NCBI GenBank assembly: GCA_021781955.1
Contig: JAJXVV010000001.1
Coordinates: forward strand, 95,519 to 159,518
Source: a bacterium
GTDB taxonomy: Bacteria > Patescibacteriota > Minisyncoccia > Phycocordibacterales > UBA2100
Reading direction: 5' to 3'
Length of the DNA: 64,000 nt
This document shows, piece after piece, positions 45,029 through 53,969 of the stretch. Position numbers and translations under genes: made by a program. Positions within the stretch are counted from its first letter, which is position 1; every line of letters begins with the position of its first letter. Under the pieces are notes generated by a model. It did not search any database. It had not been told where the DNA came from and was given only the letters and a program-made list of their open reading frames with translations.

Positions 45029-45502
45029 CTACAAGCCGAAGAACTCTAGCACCTTGTGCGCGACGGGTTCCTTCATCGGCACTTCTTTTACTTCGCGTGC
45101 TTGCAGGTACTCGCGCACGTCATGCGGATCGACGCCCTCGAGCGGGATGATGAGGTTGGGCGCCATGAACTTCGTCGTGTCCACGAGCAGAAGCGGTCGC
45201 TCGATGCCGCGGTCCTCGACCCAGAATGAAATGATCTCCTCGTACCGGTGCATCGTGTCGCCCGTGCGGATGCCGCGATGGGAGAGCTCGAACTCGACGG
45301 GCTCCGGCTGCGTACGGGCATGGAGCGCGAGCGTCGTCGCGGCGAGCACGATCAAGATGGCGAAGAGCACATCGTGGAAAAGGATGCTGACGAGCGCGGC
45401 GCACGCGGCGATGATGCCGAGCGCCCAAAACCAATCGCCGCTGCGCTCGATCCGCTCGTGCTCATAGGCGCTCCAGCGCACTGTACTGCGTGCAGAAGGC
45501 AT
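45029..45502 (-). CDS. Hypothetical two-TM membrane protein
   Basis: 157 aa, two adjacent hydrophobic helices, C-terminal soluble domain. Confidence 0.5.
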   Translation of the reverse strand: MPSARSTVRWSAYEHERIERSGDWFWALGIIAACAALVSILFHDVLFAILIVLAATTLALHARTQPEPVEFELSHRGIRTGDTMHRYEEIISFWVEDRGIERPLLLVDTTKFMAPNLIIPLEGVDPHDVREYLQAREVKEVPMKEPVAHKVLEFFGL

Positions 45503-45568
45503 GATGTATCATTGTACTCCCTCGCGTGATGCTCTCGCGCCCTGCGCGTGGTACAACTGGGGGCACGG

Positions 45569-45653
45569 GGAGGGGTGGCGGAGTGGTCTAACGCACCTGT
45601 CTTGAAAACAGGAGTGTCGCAAGGCACCGTGGGTTCGAATCCCACCCCCTCCG
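45569..45653 (+). tRNA. tRNA-Ser (anticodon UGA), type II with long variable arm
   Basis: Acceptor GGAGGGG/CCCCTCC, anticodon stem CCTGT/ACAGG with loop CTTGAAA, 16 nt variable arm, T-arm GTGGGTTCGAATCCCAC. Confidence 0.85.
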
Positions 45654-45793
45654 CATTGACGGCTCTTCATTTGCATGTCATCACAATGCCGGGGGTTTAT
45701 CAGGCATTAGCTAATCGAGAGCTCCTCACAATTGCGCTTCGTACGTGTCTCGGCAGCAGCGCTTTGCGCAAAGTTGTGTTCCCGCTGCAAGGA

Positions 45794-45802
45794 TGCTATA
45801 GT
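45794..45802 (+). promoter_or_regulatory. Extended -10 promoter element TGcTATAGT upstream of rplS
   Basis: TGNTATAGT at 45794-45802, 11 nt before the rplS ATG region. Confidence 0.3.
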
Positions 45803-45812
45803 CCCGCGACGT

Positions 45813-46247
45813 ATGGCAGTCGCAATTTCGCCGGTCAATATCGCGCAGCGCAAAGAACTCGACCTTCGGGTGGGGGATACGGTGCGTGTGTGGCAGAAGA
45901 TCGAGGAAGGGAAGGGAAAATTCCGTCTCCAGGCGTTCGAAGGCCTCGTCCTCGCGCGCAAGCATGGAGCGGAGGCAGGTGCGACCTTCACGGTCCGCCG
46001 TGTCGCCTCGGGCGTGGGGGTCGAGAAGATATTCCCGCTCTACTCGCCGATGATCGACAACATCGAGATCACCAAGCGTTCTCGCGTGCGCCGCGCCAAG
46101 CTCTACTACATCCGCGAGAAGGTTTCGCGCGAAGCGCGCCGGCAGCTCCGCCGCTCGAAGCTCGTGAACATCGAGATGAGTTCCGGCGAACCCGCTGAAA
46201 CGGAGGCCACGGTTCCCGCAGCGGAGGCTGGCGAGAAAACAGAATAG
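45813..46247 (+). CDS. rplS: 50S ribosomal protein L19
   Basis: [40 protein letters not shown]...EKIFPLYSP...RRAKLYYIR canonical L19. Confidence 0.9.
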   Translation: MAVAISPVNIAQRKELDLRVGDTVRVWQKIEEGKGKFRLQAFEGLVLARKHGAEAGATFTVRRVASGVGVEKIFPLYSPMIDNIEITKRSRVRRAKLYYIREKVSREARRQLRRSKLVNIEMSSGEPAETEATVPAAEAGEKTE

Positions 46248-46266
46248 CGCATACAATGGCGCGTGC

Positions 46267-46350
46267 GCGCAGGTGGCGAAATTGGTAGACGTACTACCTT
46301 GAGGTGGTAGCGCCCGCAAGGGCATGGGAGTTCGAGTCTCCCCCTGCGCA
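46267..46350 (+). tRNA. tRNA-Leu (anticodon GAG), type II
   Basis: Acceptor GCGCAGG/CCTGCGC, anticodon stem CTACC/GGTAG with loop TTGAGGT, long variable arm, T-arm GGGAGTTCGAGTCTCCC. Confidence 0.85.
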
Positions 46351-46394
46351 CTTTCAGATCAGGCTCCCGTCCCTGACACGGGTATGATACCGAT

Positions 46395-47504
46395 ATGCCG
46401 CGGCCCCGATTGCCGAAGAACGTAGAGGAACTCGTGCACTGGTACGAGCGTTTTATTTCACCTCTGTCGCTCATCGCAGGCTTCATTGCCGACAATCTTT
46501 TCCTCACGCGTCGAGTCGACCTTTGGCAAACAAATGCGCTCCTGCTGACCTATCTTGCCGTCGCGGCGATAGCGATTGCGCTGATCCATCTCGTCGAGAC
46601 CGGGCGGATAACGGAACCATCGGTGCTGCGCGCGGCTCCGCTCGTGCCGGTCGTGATGCAGTTCAGTATCGGTGGCCTCCTTTCCGGTTTCCTGTCGCTT
46701 TACAGCCGGAGCGCGGGTTTTGCGGCGAGCTGGCTTTTCGTCATCGTCGTTGCGATGCTGTTGATAGGCAACGAACGCTTCCTGCGGTTCTACACGCGAC
46801 TGCCGTTCCAAATGGGGATTTACTACTTCACACTCTTCTCGTTCCTCATTTTCTTTTTGCCGGTCGTCTTCCATGCGATAGGGCCGATGATGTTTGTGAG
46901 CGCCGGAGTAACGAGCCTGGTTACGTTCGCGGCGTTATTCGCGCTCCTCGCCGTGCTCGTACCTGAGACCGTGCGCCGCGAGCGCGCGCGTGTGTGGCCC
47001 GTCGTCGTCGGCGTGTTCTTCGTGCTCAACGCGCTGTACTTCGGCGGATTTTTCCCGACATTGCCTCTGGCGCTCAAGAACGCAGGCGTCTATCACTCGT
47101 TCGCGCTTGAGGGTGCCGACATACACCTCGGCGCCGAGCAGGGGTGGTGGTACGCGCCGATCCTGTCGCTCTTCTCGTACTCGACGACCTTCCATACCGC
47201 CGCGGGCGGGACCGCATACGTATACAGCGCGATCTTCGCGCCGACCGGCCTTACGACGACGATCGTCAACGAGTGGCAGCGCTACGACGCCGGACAGGGC
47301 GCATGGGTGACGGTCGCCGACATTCCGTACGATATCGTCGGCGGGAGCGAAGGGGGGTATCGCGGCTACACGTATGATTCCAACCTCACGCCGGGCCGCT
47401 GGCGGGTGAATATCGAGACGAGCTACGGCCAGATCATCGGCCGCGTATACTTCACGGTCGATACCTCGCCGGGCGCCTATCCACTCTTAGATGTGATGCG
47501 CTGA
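46395..47504 (+). CDS. Hypothetical polytopic membrane protein with C-terminal extracellular beta domain
   Basis: ~8 TM helices over 250 aa, then a ~110 aa soluble tail; no family signature. Confidence 0.5.
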   Translation: MPRPRLPKNVEELVHWYERFISPLSLIAGFIADNLFLTRRVDLWQTNALLLTYLAVAAIAIALIHLVETGRITEPSVLRAAPLVPVVMQFSIGGLLSGFLSLYSRSAGFAASWLFVIVVAMLLIGNERFLRFYTRLPFQMGIYYFTLFSFLIFFLPVVFHAIGPMMFVSAGVTSLVTFAALFALLAVLVPETVRRERARVWPVVVGVFFVLNALYFGGFFPTLPLALKNAGVYHSFALEGADIHLGAEQGWWYAPILSLFSYSTTFHTAAGGTAYVYSAIFAPTGLTTTIVNEWQRYDAGQGAWVTVADIPYDIVGGSEGGYRGYTYDSNLTPGRWRVNIETSYGQIIGRVYFTVDTSPGAYPLLDVMR

Positions 47505-47544
47505 TATCGCGCGGCGGCTTTTTTTGCTATAACTACGGTTCGAT

Positions 47545-47617
47545 GGCGATCGTGGTGTAACGGTCAACACTGGAGCTTGTGGAGCTCTCAATCCGGGTTC
47601 GATTCCCGGCGATCGCC
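47545..47617 (+). tRNA. tRNA-His (anticodon GUG) with genomically encoded G-1
   Basis: 8 bp acceptor stem GGCGATCG/CGATCGCC including G-1:C73; anticodon stem GGAGC/GCTCT with loop TTGTGGA; T-arm CCGGGTTCGATTCCCGG. Confidence 0.85.
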
Positions 47618-47675
47618 CAGATTTTCCACTCTTGTAGTATCCTCGCGTGGGTCGCATTAGACGGATGCGTCGCGC

Positions 47676-48422
47676 TCATGCCGAGCCGGCGCGAATGTCC
47701 GTGTGCTTCAATGTGAACGGCTTGCCGAGAAATATCATGGAGAAAAAGTTGATCGTATAGCGGAAGCCGGCCGTGAACATGCCTTCTTCGATAAGGCGGC
47801 GGCCAGACGTGTACATGGGGAGCGCGAAGGTCCACTTCACGCGACCGACTTTCGCGAGGCGCCGCGCGGTGTCGGTGTCGTCGCCGTAGAATTCGATCGC
47901 CGTGTTGTGGCCGCCGATCTTCTCAAGCGCGCTGTGCCGCACGACGAAGTTACCGCCCTGCATGACCGCTCCGGTGCGCAGCACGTACTGCATGAGCAGG
48001 TTCATCGGCAGGTAGGTCGAGAGGAATACGCGAACGAGCGCGCGCTGCCAGAGCGGGAGGTCGTAGTAGATGAAGGGACCGGAGACAGCGACGATGCGCG
48101 GGTCGCCGTCGAGGATGCGCACGGCGGCCGTGAGCCAGCCTTCGGGAACGATGGTGTCCGCGTCGATGTTCGCGCTCAATTCGCCCGAAGAGGCGCGAAA
48201 GCCGGCTTCGCGTGCGCGGTTCGATCCTTTGCGGCGCTCCTCGACGACGCGCACGCCCGGGTAGCTGCCCGCGACATCTTTCGTGCGGTCGGTGGAATCG
48301 TTATCGGCGACGATGATCTCGCACTCGTAGCCGCTGCGCGCGATCTCGCGCAGCGCCGACTCGATGCAATTGCCGATGAGTTTCTCTTCGTTGTAGGCGG
48401 GAATGACGAAGCTGACTTTCAT
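47676..48422 (-). CDS. Family 2 glycosyltransferase (copy A)
   Basis: MKVSFVIPAYNEEK..IIVADNDSTDRT...DADT: GT2 DxD architecture; 248 aa. Confidence 0.85.
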   Translation of the reverse strand: MKVSFVIPAYNEEKLIGNCIESALREIARSGYECEIIVADNDSTDRTKDVAGSYPGVRVVEERRKGSNRAREAGFRASSGELSANIDADTIVPEGWLTAAVRILDGDPRIVAVSGPFIYYDLPLWQRALVRVFLSTYLPMNLLMQYVLRTGAVMQGGNFVVRHSALEKIGGHNTAIEFYGDDTDTARRLAKVGRVKWTFALPMYTSGRRLIEEGMFTAGFRYTINFFSMIFLGKPFTLKHTDIRAGSA

Positions 48423-48443
48423 AGAGGCGCCGCGTCGTCATCG

Positions 48444-49184
48444 CTACTCCGAACGCACGTCGATCTGGCGTACGACGAGCGGTTTGCGGGTGAGCATGCC
48501 CCAGAGGTAGCTGAAGCCGTAGAAGAGCTCGACGCGCACGATGCCCTCGTGCGCGAAGCGCCGGCCCGAAGAGTACATGGGGAGATCGAACGTCCATTTG
48601 ATGTCGCCGAGCGGATTGAGCCGCTTTGCGATGTCGACGTCCTCGCCGAAGAACTTGATATCGACGTTGTATCCGCCGATCATCTCCAGCGCGCCGCGCC
48701 GCACGACGTAGTTGCCTCCCTGCAAGAGCGATCCTTTGCGCAAAATGAAGCGGTTCACGAAGTATCCGATGTAGCCGATCGCGTACGACAAGCGGGTGAA
48801 CGCGCGTTGCGACCACGGAAGGTCGTAGTAGATGAAGGGGCCGCTCAGCGCGACCAGCCGGTCGTTGCGGTCGAATTCCTTGAGCACGCGAGCGATCCAG
48901 CCGCGGGGCATGAGGGTGTCGGCGTCGATGTTGGCGATGAGCTCGCCGCCGGAGGCGCGGAAACCCGCTTCGCGCGCGCGCGAGAGTCCCTTGAGCGGTT
49001 CGTCGACGACGCGCACGCCGGGGAGCGCGGAAGCGATCTCCTTGGTGCGGTCGGTCGACGCATTGTTCACGACGATGATCTCCGCCACGACGGGGGTGCG
49101 GGCGAGATCGGCACGCACCGCCTCGACGCATCGAGCGACGCGTTTCTCCTCGTTATACGCGGGGATGACCACGCTCAATTTCAT
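48444..49184 (-). CDS. Family 2 glycosyltransferase (copy B, tandem paralog)
   Basis: MKLSVVIPAYNEEK..IIVVNNASTDRT..DADT; roughly 55-60% identical to copy A by eye; the ORF track's N-terminal extension to 49871 judged spurious. Confidence 0.85.
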   Translation of the reverse strand: MKLSVVIPAYNEEKRVARCVEAVRADLARTPVVAEIIVVNNASTDRTKEIASALPGVRVVDEPLKGLSRAREAGFRASGGELIANIDADTLMPRGWIARVLKEFDRNDRLVALSGPFIYYDLPWSQRAFTRLSYAIGYIGYFVNRFILRKGSLLQGGNYVVRRGALEMIGGYNVDIKFFGEDVDIAKRLNPLGDIKWTFDLPMYSSGRRFAHEGIVRVELFYGFSYLWGMLTRKPLVVRQIDVRSE

Positions 49185-49222
49185 TGAGCCTAGTATACCA
49201 CGCAGTGGGCTACGCGGCTTGT

Positions 49223-49819
49223 CTAGAGGTCTTCCTGGACGAACCGGGCGTAGAGATAGCGCACGAAGGCGATAAAGGCCGCCGTGGCCAGGACGAAGAG
49301 TCCGAGCACTGACAGCTTGCCGAGGACGCCGTTGACCTGGTCGTAGAGCTGGCTGAAGAGGATGCCGATGCCAATGAGCGATCCCGTCCAGATGCCTTCG
49401 CCGATCGCGTTGAAGAGCACGTAGCGTGAGAACGAAATGCGCGACAGGCCGGCGGTGAAGAGCGTGACAACGGCAAGGCCGAGGCCGTTCGTCACTTTGG
49501 AGAGGATGAGGATGCGGCTGTCGTGGCGGTTGAATATGTGCTTGACCGTCTCGATCTTCGCTTCGGTCATGCCGAAGTAGCGGCCGAAGCGGCGCGCGAA
49601 GCGGTCGCCGAAATGGTAGCCGATGTAGTACCACATGATATCGCCAAGGACGGCGCCGCTGACGACTGCGAGGTAGGCGGGGAGGAGATCGAAGTAGCCG
49701 TAACGGATGAGGACGCCGGTCAGGAGCGCGACGGCCGGTTGCGTAATGAACGCGAGCGGGACGAGCGCGGCGTAGCGGTACTGCAGGATGAGCGCTGCCA
49801 GGTGTGACGACGGGACCAT
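49223..49819 (-). CDS. DedA/SNARE-associated (VTT-domain) membrane protein
   Basis: Motifs LIRYGYFDLLPAYLAVVSGAVLGDIMWYYIGYHFG and FNRHDSRILILSKVTNGLG typical of DedA. Confidence 0.75.
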   Translation of the reverse strand: MVPSSHLAALILQYRYAALVPLAFITQPAVALLTGVLIRYGYFDLLPAYLAVVSGAVLGDIMWYYIGYHFGDRFARRFGRYFGMTEAKIETVKHIFNRHDSRILILSKVTNGLGLAVVTLFTAGLSRISFSRYVLFNAIGEGIWTGSLIGIGILFSQLYDQVNGVLGKLSVLGLFVLATAAFIAFVRYLYARFVQEDL

Positions 49820-49838
49820 GTTCCGATAGTATACTACC

Positions 49839-50549
49839 TTGCATCCCTCTGCCATGAACGCTTCCGACCAATCGCCCGCCCGTGGATCATTCGTACGCGA
49901 ATTCGCTGCGCGGTATAGCGCGGCCTTTTCCCGGCGAGGCTTCGTGAGCGATCTTGCGGTCGCCATGCTCGGCTTTTGTGCGGCGGTCGTCATCTCGTTC
50001 TACGCGATCGCCTACGCGACTGAGCGTGCGAGCAACCCCGTCACCGACATCGTCCTCTCCAATACGCCCACCGTGAACCTCGACGGCGTGTTCGCGGTTG
50101 CGACCCTGCTCCTCATTACGAGTGTGGTCGCCGTACTGTTGTACGATCCGAAACGCATCCCGTTCTCGCTCAACGCGCTCACGCTCTTCTTCATTATCCG
50201 CTCGGGGTTCATCTCGCTCACGCACATCGGCCCCTACCCGTCGCTGCCGCCCGACGAGAATTGGAGCGGGCTCACGCGTCATTTCCTGTTCGGCGGCGAC
50301 CTGTTCTTCTCGGGGCATGTCGGTACGCCGTTCTTGCTCGCGCTCATGTTCTGGCGGCAACGCACGGTGCGCGTATTCTTCCTCACCTGGTCGGTCGTCA
50401 TGGCGGTCATCGTGCTTTTGGGTCACCTGCACTATTCGATCGATGTCGCCTCCGCCTACTTCATCACGTATACCATCTTCGTGCTCGCCGAGCGTTTTTT
50501 CCCGGACACCCGGGCCCTTTTCTTTGGCGGGACGGTTCCCGCGAAATAG
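49839..50549 (+). CDS. PAP2-superfamily-like integral membrane protein
   Basis: FSGHVGTPFLL and HYSIDVASAY resemble the PAP2 C2 (SGH) and C3 (SRxxxxxHxxxD) motifs; 6 TM. Confidence 0.5.
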   Translation: MHPSAMNASDQSPARGSFVREFAARYSAAFSRRGFVSDLAVAMLGFCAAVVISFYAIAYATERASNPVTDIVLSNTPTVNLDGVFAVATLLLITSVVAVLLYDPKRIPFSLNALTLFFIIRSGFISLTHIGPYPSLPPDENWSGLTRHFLFGGDLFFSGHVGTPFLLALMFWRQRTVRVFFLTWSVVMAVIVLLGHLHYSIDVASAYFITYTIFVLAERFFPDTRALFFGGTVPAK

Positions 50550-50552
50550 CAT

Positions 50553-51041
50553 ATGGAGGCGAGAGAGCCGAAGGTCGAACGTGGGCTGTACGAGCTTTTC
50601 GAGATCAGCGTCATTCTGAAGGGGCTGGACGCGCTTTTGGAGATTGTCGTAGGCATCGCGCTCTTTTTCGTGAATATACCCAACCTTGTGCAGTCGCTCG
50701 TGCAAACCGAGATCATTGAGGACCCCAACGATTTCATTGCGACGCACATCCAGGCGCTCGCTGGCACGCTCTCGCCGCAAGTGCAGACCTACGGCGCGCT
50801 CTACCTGCTCGCGCACGGCGTCATCAAAGTGGTCGTTGTGATCGGGCTCCTGCGCCGCTCCCGCTGGGCTTACCCGGCCGCGCTCGCGGTCTTCGCGCTC
50901 TTCATCGCGTATCAGACCATCAAGTTCATCGGCACGCATTCCATTCCGCTCCTCCTGCTCGACATCTTCGATATCCTGCTCGTGTGGCTCGTGTACCACG
51001 AATACCGCCGCATGACGCGCGAAGGCGGGTTTCGCCGCTGA
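50553..51041 (+). CDS. DUF2127-like small membrane protein
   Basis: 4 TM helices; pattern recalled from the DUF2127 family (uncertain). Confidence 0.45.
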   Translation: MEAREPKVERGLYELFEISVILKGLDALLEIVVGIALFFVNIPNLVQSLVQTEIIEDPNDFIATHIQALAGTLSPQVQTYGALYLLAHGVIKVVVVIGLLRRSRWAYPAALAVFALFIAYQTIKFIGTHSIPLLLLDIFDILLVWLVYHEYRRMTREGGFRR

Positions 51042-51063
51042 CGCGGTCTGGTACACTACGAGC

Positions 51064-51447
51064 ATGGACGCGCTTGATTCGAACTTGCAAATGGCATCTG
51101 TTCCAGCGACCTGTCCCACATGCCATCGACCGGTCGAGCCGACCTTCTACTTCTGCCCGAATTGTGGCACCTCGCTCAAGCCCGCGCCGCTGCCTACGAC
51201 GCCGCTCGCGCAGACGCTCGTGTACGCGCACAGCGTCGCTTTGCCGATGTTGCTTTTCATTACGATAGGGCAGTGGCGCGGGCATCGCTACTACAAATCG
51301 GCCGACGACACCGAGCACGCGATCGGCGTCGTCGCCTGGACGCTCCTCATCCTCTCGACCGTCCTCAGCATCTGGCTCGCCTGGGTCGGCACCCAGATGG
51401 CGATACAGTCTTCCGTCGCGCAGATCAACGCGGACATGTCGATCTAG
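51064..51447 (+). CDS. Zinc-ribbon-containing small membrane protein
   Basis: CPTCHRPVEPTFYFCPNCG zinc ribbon followed by two TM helices. Confidence 0.5.
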   Translation: MDALDSNLQMASVPATCPTCHRPVEPTFYFCPNCGTSLKPAPLPTTPLAQTLVYAHSVALPMLLFITIGQWRGHRYYKSADDTEHAIGVVAWTLLILSTVLSIWLAWVGTQMAIQSSVAQINADMSI

Positions 51448-51515
51448 CGCGGGCCCCCAGTTAGGGGTGTATACTTTCCCTAAGCATTACCAGACCCACA
51501 TCTCGTTAGCGTTCT

Positions 51516-52394
51516 ATGGATATCGAGAAAAAGGAATTGCATATCGTTCCGCCGCGGCGGATCGAGCAGGCTGCGATCTTCGCGCTCATCATGCTCGGCG
51601 TGTTCCTCGTCAGCCTCACGATTGGGCAGATCAAGGGGCTTGCCTACATCGGTGCCGGCATCGCGCCGACCAACACCGTCTCCGTGTCCGGCGAGGGTGA
51701 CATCTTCGCCATTCCGGACACGGCCACCTTTACCTACGCGGTGACCGAGAACGCGAAGGACGTGACGGGTGCGCAGACCGCCGCAGCGAACGCGAGCAAC
51801 GCCATTATCGGCTACCTCAAGGGGCAGGGCATCGCCGACACCGACATTCAAACGATCGACTACAGCATTTCCCCGCACTACGACTACCAAGGCGGCGTGT
51901 GTGCGCCGCAGCCGCTCATGTACAACGGCGCGAGCGCGAGCGTTTCTGGCAGCGCGAATTCCGTGGTGGTACCTAGCACCATATCCTGCCCGCCGGGCAA
52001 GCAGGTCATCACCGGCTACGACGTGTCGCAGACGGTCTCGGTAAAAGTGCACGACCTCACCAAAGCGGGGGACATCCTCACCGGCGTCGGCAGCAAGGGC
52101 GCGACCAGCGTGAGCGGGCTTTCGCTCGCCGTCTCCAATCAAGACGCGCTCACCATTCAGGCGCGCACCAAAGCGATCACCGACGCGCAGAACAAAGCGC
52201 AGGAGCTCGCCAAAGAGCTCGGCGTGCGCCTTGGCCCCATCGTTGGTTACAGCGAGGGCGGTGGCGGGCCGATCTACTACGCCAAGGCGATGAGCATGGC
52301 AGCCGGCTCGTCAGCAATCGCGCCCTCGCCCGCGATTCCCGCCGGCCAAAACAAGATCACCTCCACGGTGACCATCACGTACGAAATAGAGTAA
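51516..52394 (+). CDS. SIMPL-domain (DUF541) periplasmic protein
   Basis: N-terminal TM anchor; overall SIMPL-like pattern (GEGDIFAIPDTATFTYAV...; C-terminal TSTVTITYEIE). Confidence 0.65.
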   Translation: MDIEKKELHIVPPRRIEQAAIFALIMLGVFLVSLTIGQIKGLAYIGAGIAPTNTVSVSGEGDIFAIPDTATFTYAVTENAKDVTGAQTAAANASNAIIGYLKGQGIADTDIQTIDYSISPHYDYQGGVCAPQPLMYNGASASVSGSANSVVVPSTISCPPGKQVITGYDVSQTVSVKVHDLTKAGDILTGVGSKGATSVSGLSLAVSNQDALTIQARTKAITDAQNKAQELAKELGVRLGPIVGYSEGGGGPIYYAKAMSMAAGSSAIAPSPAIPAGQNKITSTVTITYEIE

Positions 52395-52420
52395 GCGGTG
52401 TTGGTTATCCACAGATTTTT

Positions 52421-52439
52421 ACAGAGGACCGTCCTCTGT
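52421..52439. repeat. 19 bp palindrome ACAGAGGACCGTCCTCTGT (copy 2 of 2), 26 nt after the SIMPL gene stop; possible terminator hairpin
   Basis: Exact reverse complement of 42866-42884; followed by ATTTGAGG; preceded by a perfect TTATCCACA at 52406-52414. Confidence 0.6.
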
Positions 52440-52536
52440 ATTTGAGGGGCGCTTGACTTCCGGCCGAAGCGGAGTACGATGCTCTCCATCACCGCCGCGA
52501 GGCGGTTTTAAAATGGCTAATTTAGAGTGATATCGT

Positions 52537-52881
52537 ATGGCAGGCATCGGACAGTACCTCAAAGAGACCCGCGCCGAACTCCGGCATGTCGCGTGGCCGA
52601 CCCAAACACAGACCATCGTCTACACGGTCCTCGTCGCAGCGATCTCGATCGGCGTCGCCGTCTACCTCGGCCTCTTCGACTTCATCTTCACGACCGGCCT
52701 CACGCGCCTCATCTCCGCGATGCCGCAGGGCGCGAGCGCGCCTGCCACGCTGCCCGTATCGAGCACGGGCAACACGACCGGAAGCTCGAACGCTCCGCTG
52801 ATCCAAGGCGCGCCGATCCAGATCGTTCCGACCGCTCCCTCGACGAACTCGTCGCAAGGGGGTTCAACGAATACCAAATAA
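52537..52881 (+). CDS. secE: Preprotein translocase SecE with an extended low-complexity C-terminal tail
   Basis: Single TM (TQTIVYTVLVAAISIGVAVYLGLFDFIF) preceded by the amphipathic KETRAELRHVAWPT; unusual ~50 aa S/T/P/G-rich extension; upstream of nusG. Confidence 0.8.
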   Translation: MAGIGQYLKETRAELRHVAWPTQTQTIVYTVLVAAISIGVAVYLGLFDFIFTTGLTRLISAMPQGASAPATLPVSSTGNTTGSSNAPLIQGAPIQIVPTAPSTNSSQGGSTNTK

Positions 52882-52886
52882 ACCAT

Positions 52887-53429
52887 ATGAAACAAACGCA
52901 CGGTTCAGAACGACAGTGGTATGCGGTGCACACGTACTCGGGCTACGAGGATGCGGTCGCGCGCAATCTCAAGCAGCGCATCGATTCGTTCGGCATGAAA
53001 GACAAGGTCTTCCAGGTGGTCGTGCCGGTCGAGAAGAAGATTAAAATAAAGAATGGCCGCAAGACCGAGGTGCGCGAGAAGACTTTTCCCGGCTACGTGC
53101 TTGTGGACATGATCGCGTCCGACGACGCGTGGAGCGTCGTGCGCAACACGCCGCAAGTTACCGGGTTTGTCGGAACCGCCAATCAGGCAGTGCCGCTTTC
53201 GCAGGATGAGGTGGACAAGATCCTCAAGCGCGCCGGCGGCGACACCGTGCGCCACGCCATCGATCTCGGCGAGGGCGACGCGGTCATCATCGTCGACGGC
53301 CCCTTCAAAGATCTCGAGGGAAAGGTGGGGGAGATTGACGAAGAGCGCGGAAAGGTTAAGGTATTAGTCCCGATGTTCGGCCGCGAAACTCCGGTCGAGC
53401 TCGAGGCTGACCAAGTGCAGCGAGTCTAA
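52887..53429 (+). CDS. nusG: Transcription termination/antitermination factor NusG
   Basis: [14 protein letters not shown] (NGN) and KOW domain [22 protein letters not shown]. Confidence 0.9.
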   Translation: MKQTHGSERQWYAVHTYSGYEDAVARNLKQRIDSFGMKDKVFQVVVPVEKKIKIKNGRKTEVREKTFPGYVLVDMIASDDAWSVVRNTPQVTGFVGTANQAVPLSQDEVDKILKRAGGDTVRHAIDLGEGDAVIIVDGPFKDLEGKVGEIDEERGKVKVLVPMFGRETPVELEADQVQRV

Positions 53430-53470
53430 CCTTTACCCCAACATCTTTAACCGGTAATCTATCTCTACGT

Positions 53471-53893
53471 ATGGCAAAAGAAATCACCAAGATGATCAAA
53501 TTGCAGATTGCGGCAGGTGCCGCGACGCCGGCGCCGCCAGTGGGTACCGCGCTCGGTCCTGCGGGAGTCAACATCGGCGAGTTCGTGAAGCAGTTCAACG
53601 ATCAGACGCGTCCCCTGATGGGCAACACGTTGCCGGTGGTGCTCACCGTCTACAAGGATCGCTCGTTCACGTTCATCGTGAAGAAGCCGCCGGCCTCGCG
53701 CGCTATCTTGAAGAAGCTCGGCATCGAGAAAGGATCCACCAAGCCGCAGAACAAGGTCGCCAAACTCTCCAAGCAGCAGCTTACGGAGCTCGCGCAGGAA
53801 AAAATGGAGGACCTCAACACGCCGGATCTCGAGAAAGCGAAGAAGGTCATCGCCGGCACTGCGCGTTCTATGGGCATCGACGCAGAAATGTAA
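53471..53893 (+). CDS. rplK: 50S ribosomal protein L11
   Basis: [43 protein letters not shown] canonical L11. Confidence 0.95.
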   Translation: MAKEITKMIKLQIAAGAATPAPPVGTALGPAGVNIGEFVKQFNDQTRPLMGNTLPVVLTVYKDRSFTFIVKKPPASRAILKKLGIEKGSTKPQNKVAKLSKQQLTELAQEKMEDLNTPDLEKAKKVIAGTARSMGIDAEM

Positions 53894-53918
53894 TTCTCGC
53901 AAATAAGGAAAAAGAAAA

Positions 53919-53950
53919 GCGGCCGCGTCATACGCGGCCGCTTTTGTATT
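53919..53950 (+). terminator. Rho-independent terminator after rplK (GCGGCCGCG-TCATA-CGCGGCCGC + TTTTGTATT)
   Basis: Perfect 9 bp GC stem, 5 nt loop, U-rich tail. Confidence 0.75.
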
Positions 53951-53969
53951 AGGTGCGCCGCGCGGTACT

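Noticed and set aside
48444-49871. Track ORF extends the second GT2 glycosyltransferase N-terminally by ~230 codons
   Set aside because: The extension is Arg/Pro-rich junk and overlaps the DedA gene. The real start is the MKLSVVIPAYNEEK Met at 49184, paralleling copy A.
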